64,000 nucleotides of DNA from Phallusia mammillata. Taxonomy: Eukaryota. This document shows positions 63,601 to 64,000 of this stretch, in pieces (the first letter of the stretch is position 1; every line of letters begins with the position of its first letter). The stretch covers positions 11,470,001-11,534,000 of the forward strand of contig OZ281501.1 of assembly GCA_965637545.1 (NCBI GenBank), in the 5' to 3' direction. The position numbers and the translations under genes are program-made. The notes under the pieces were generated by a model. That model did not search any database. It was not told where the DNA came from and saw only the letters and a list, made by a program, of their open reading frames with translations.

Positions 63601-64000
63601 GTAAACAACCGAGTGTACTGTACCTTTACATGACTTTCCATCACCAAAATACCCATCTGTACACGTACATGCGTAAGATCCTTCTGTGTTAGTGCATAAG
63701 GCCTGTTTGCTACAATCATTGGAGCTTTCGGATTCACATTCATTGTTATCTGGCAACAAATTATTTTAAGTGTATATGTAACTGTCATCAATGTGTGCAC
63801 ATGAGGTTTTGGTTGATTTTCAGGTTATATTTGATAAAGTAGGCTTTTGGATTAAAAAAAAAGGATTTTCCTGCAAAAATTATTACCTGTACTTCACAGT
63901 AACTACTAAGAATGGTCAGTATTTGTAATGCAGGGACAACTCAAACTTTTGTAAATCATACGTCTTACCACTGCAATTAAATCCATCTCCCATGTATCCC
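54677..64000 (-). CDS. Adhesion GPCR (EGF repeats - HRM-like - GAIN/GPS - 7TM); 5' end lies beyond the window
   Basis: EGF exons 64000-63969 (partial), 63749-63624, 63164-63039, 62848-62726, 62505-62383, 61774-61673. Then 61391-61302, 61236-61139 or 61112, 60845-60696, 60512-60327, 58815-58657, 58597-58478, possibly 58343-58311. GPS exon 58182-58051 (HLTSFAMLV). TM exons 57986-57877, 57680-57473, 57412-57235, 57108-56921, 56498-56328, 55651-55411. Last exon ~54822-54677 is uncertain. Confidence 0.9.
55199..55272 (+). repeat. Degenerate tRNA-derived SINE head
   Basis: A-box-like TAGCCGAATTGTTAGAGCG and B-box-like GGGTTTGAATCCC. A second B-box relic GGTTCGAATTCC lies at ~54899-54910. No intact cloverleaf. 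Confidence 0.45.
55778..56097. mobile_element. hAT-Charlie-type MITE (320 bp) in an adhesion-GPCR intron
   Basis: TIR CAGGGGTTCCCAACC / GGTTGGGAACCCCTG; 8-bp TSD CACTATAC (55770-55777, 56098-56105). Confidence 0.93.
58963..59111. mobile_element. hAT-type MITE, same family as 2120-2306
   Basis: TIR CAGTGGTGGGATTC / GAATCCCACCACTG and a shared internal CCATTGACAGTAAGCA.TAATGCT.ACC.GTT.GCTGATCT.ATAAAATGT. TSD degenerate. Confidence 0.85.
62173..62232. repeat. Perfect 30-bp tandem duplication
   Basis: CAATCATCAACACATACCAATAAATGTTTG at 62173-62202 and 62203-62232. Confidence 0.95.
62222..62910 (-). repeat. Tandem duplication (~343-bp unit) of an EGF exon plus its intron
   Basis: Exons 62383-62505 and 62726-62848 and the introns next to them are alignable ([31 protein letters not shown]). 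Confidence 0.9.

Overview
AT-rich, intron-containing animal genomic DNA, most likely from an ascidian tunicate. This is an inference from the compact genes with ~60-1,500 bp introns and an exact genomic copy of the 16-nt Ciona-type spliced leader. I rebuilt six host genes exon by exon with consistent splice phases: a Ca2+-binding mitochondrial carrier (SCaMC, +), a 2xDM9 + SOCS-box protein (-), acid sphingomyelinase (-), a sterol-desaturase/fatty-acid-hydroxylase protein (+), a uronyl/HS 2-O-sulfotransferase-like protein (+) and the 3' part of an EGF-GAIN-7TM adhesion GPCR (-). The middle 21 kb (27,262-48,367) is a transposon pile-up with recoverable TSDs. It holds an intact CsRn1-type Gypsy LTR element with a -1 frameshift signal and, next to it, an L1/Tx1-type LINE. 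The LINE 3' UTR carries a 9-bp-TSD DNA element (with two MITEs inside) and a 7-bp-TSD P element (with a hAT inside). The three strongest leads are: (1) a spliced-leader sequence fused to a Penelope-type hammerhead-ribozyme repeat inside a sphingomyelinase intron; (2) a P element whose transposase lacks the usual C-terminal domain while an intact antisense ORF appears to encode it; (3) a cytosolic DM9-lectin/SOCS-box fusion. Family assignments rest on motif recognition from memory; no database search was possible. No CRISPR array, rRNA or intact tRNA gene was found.
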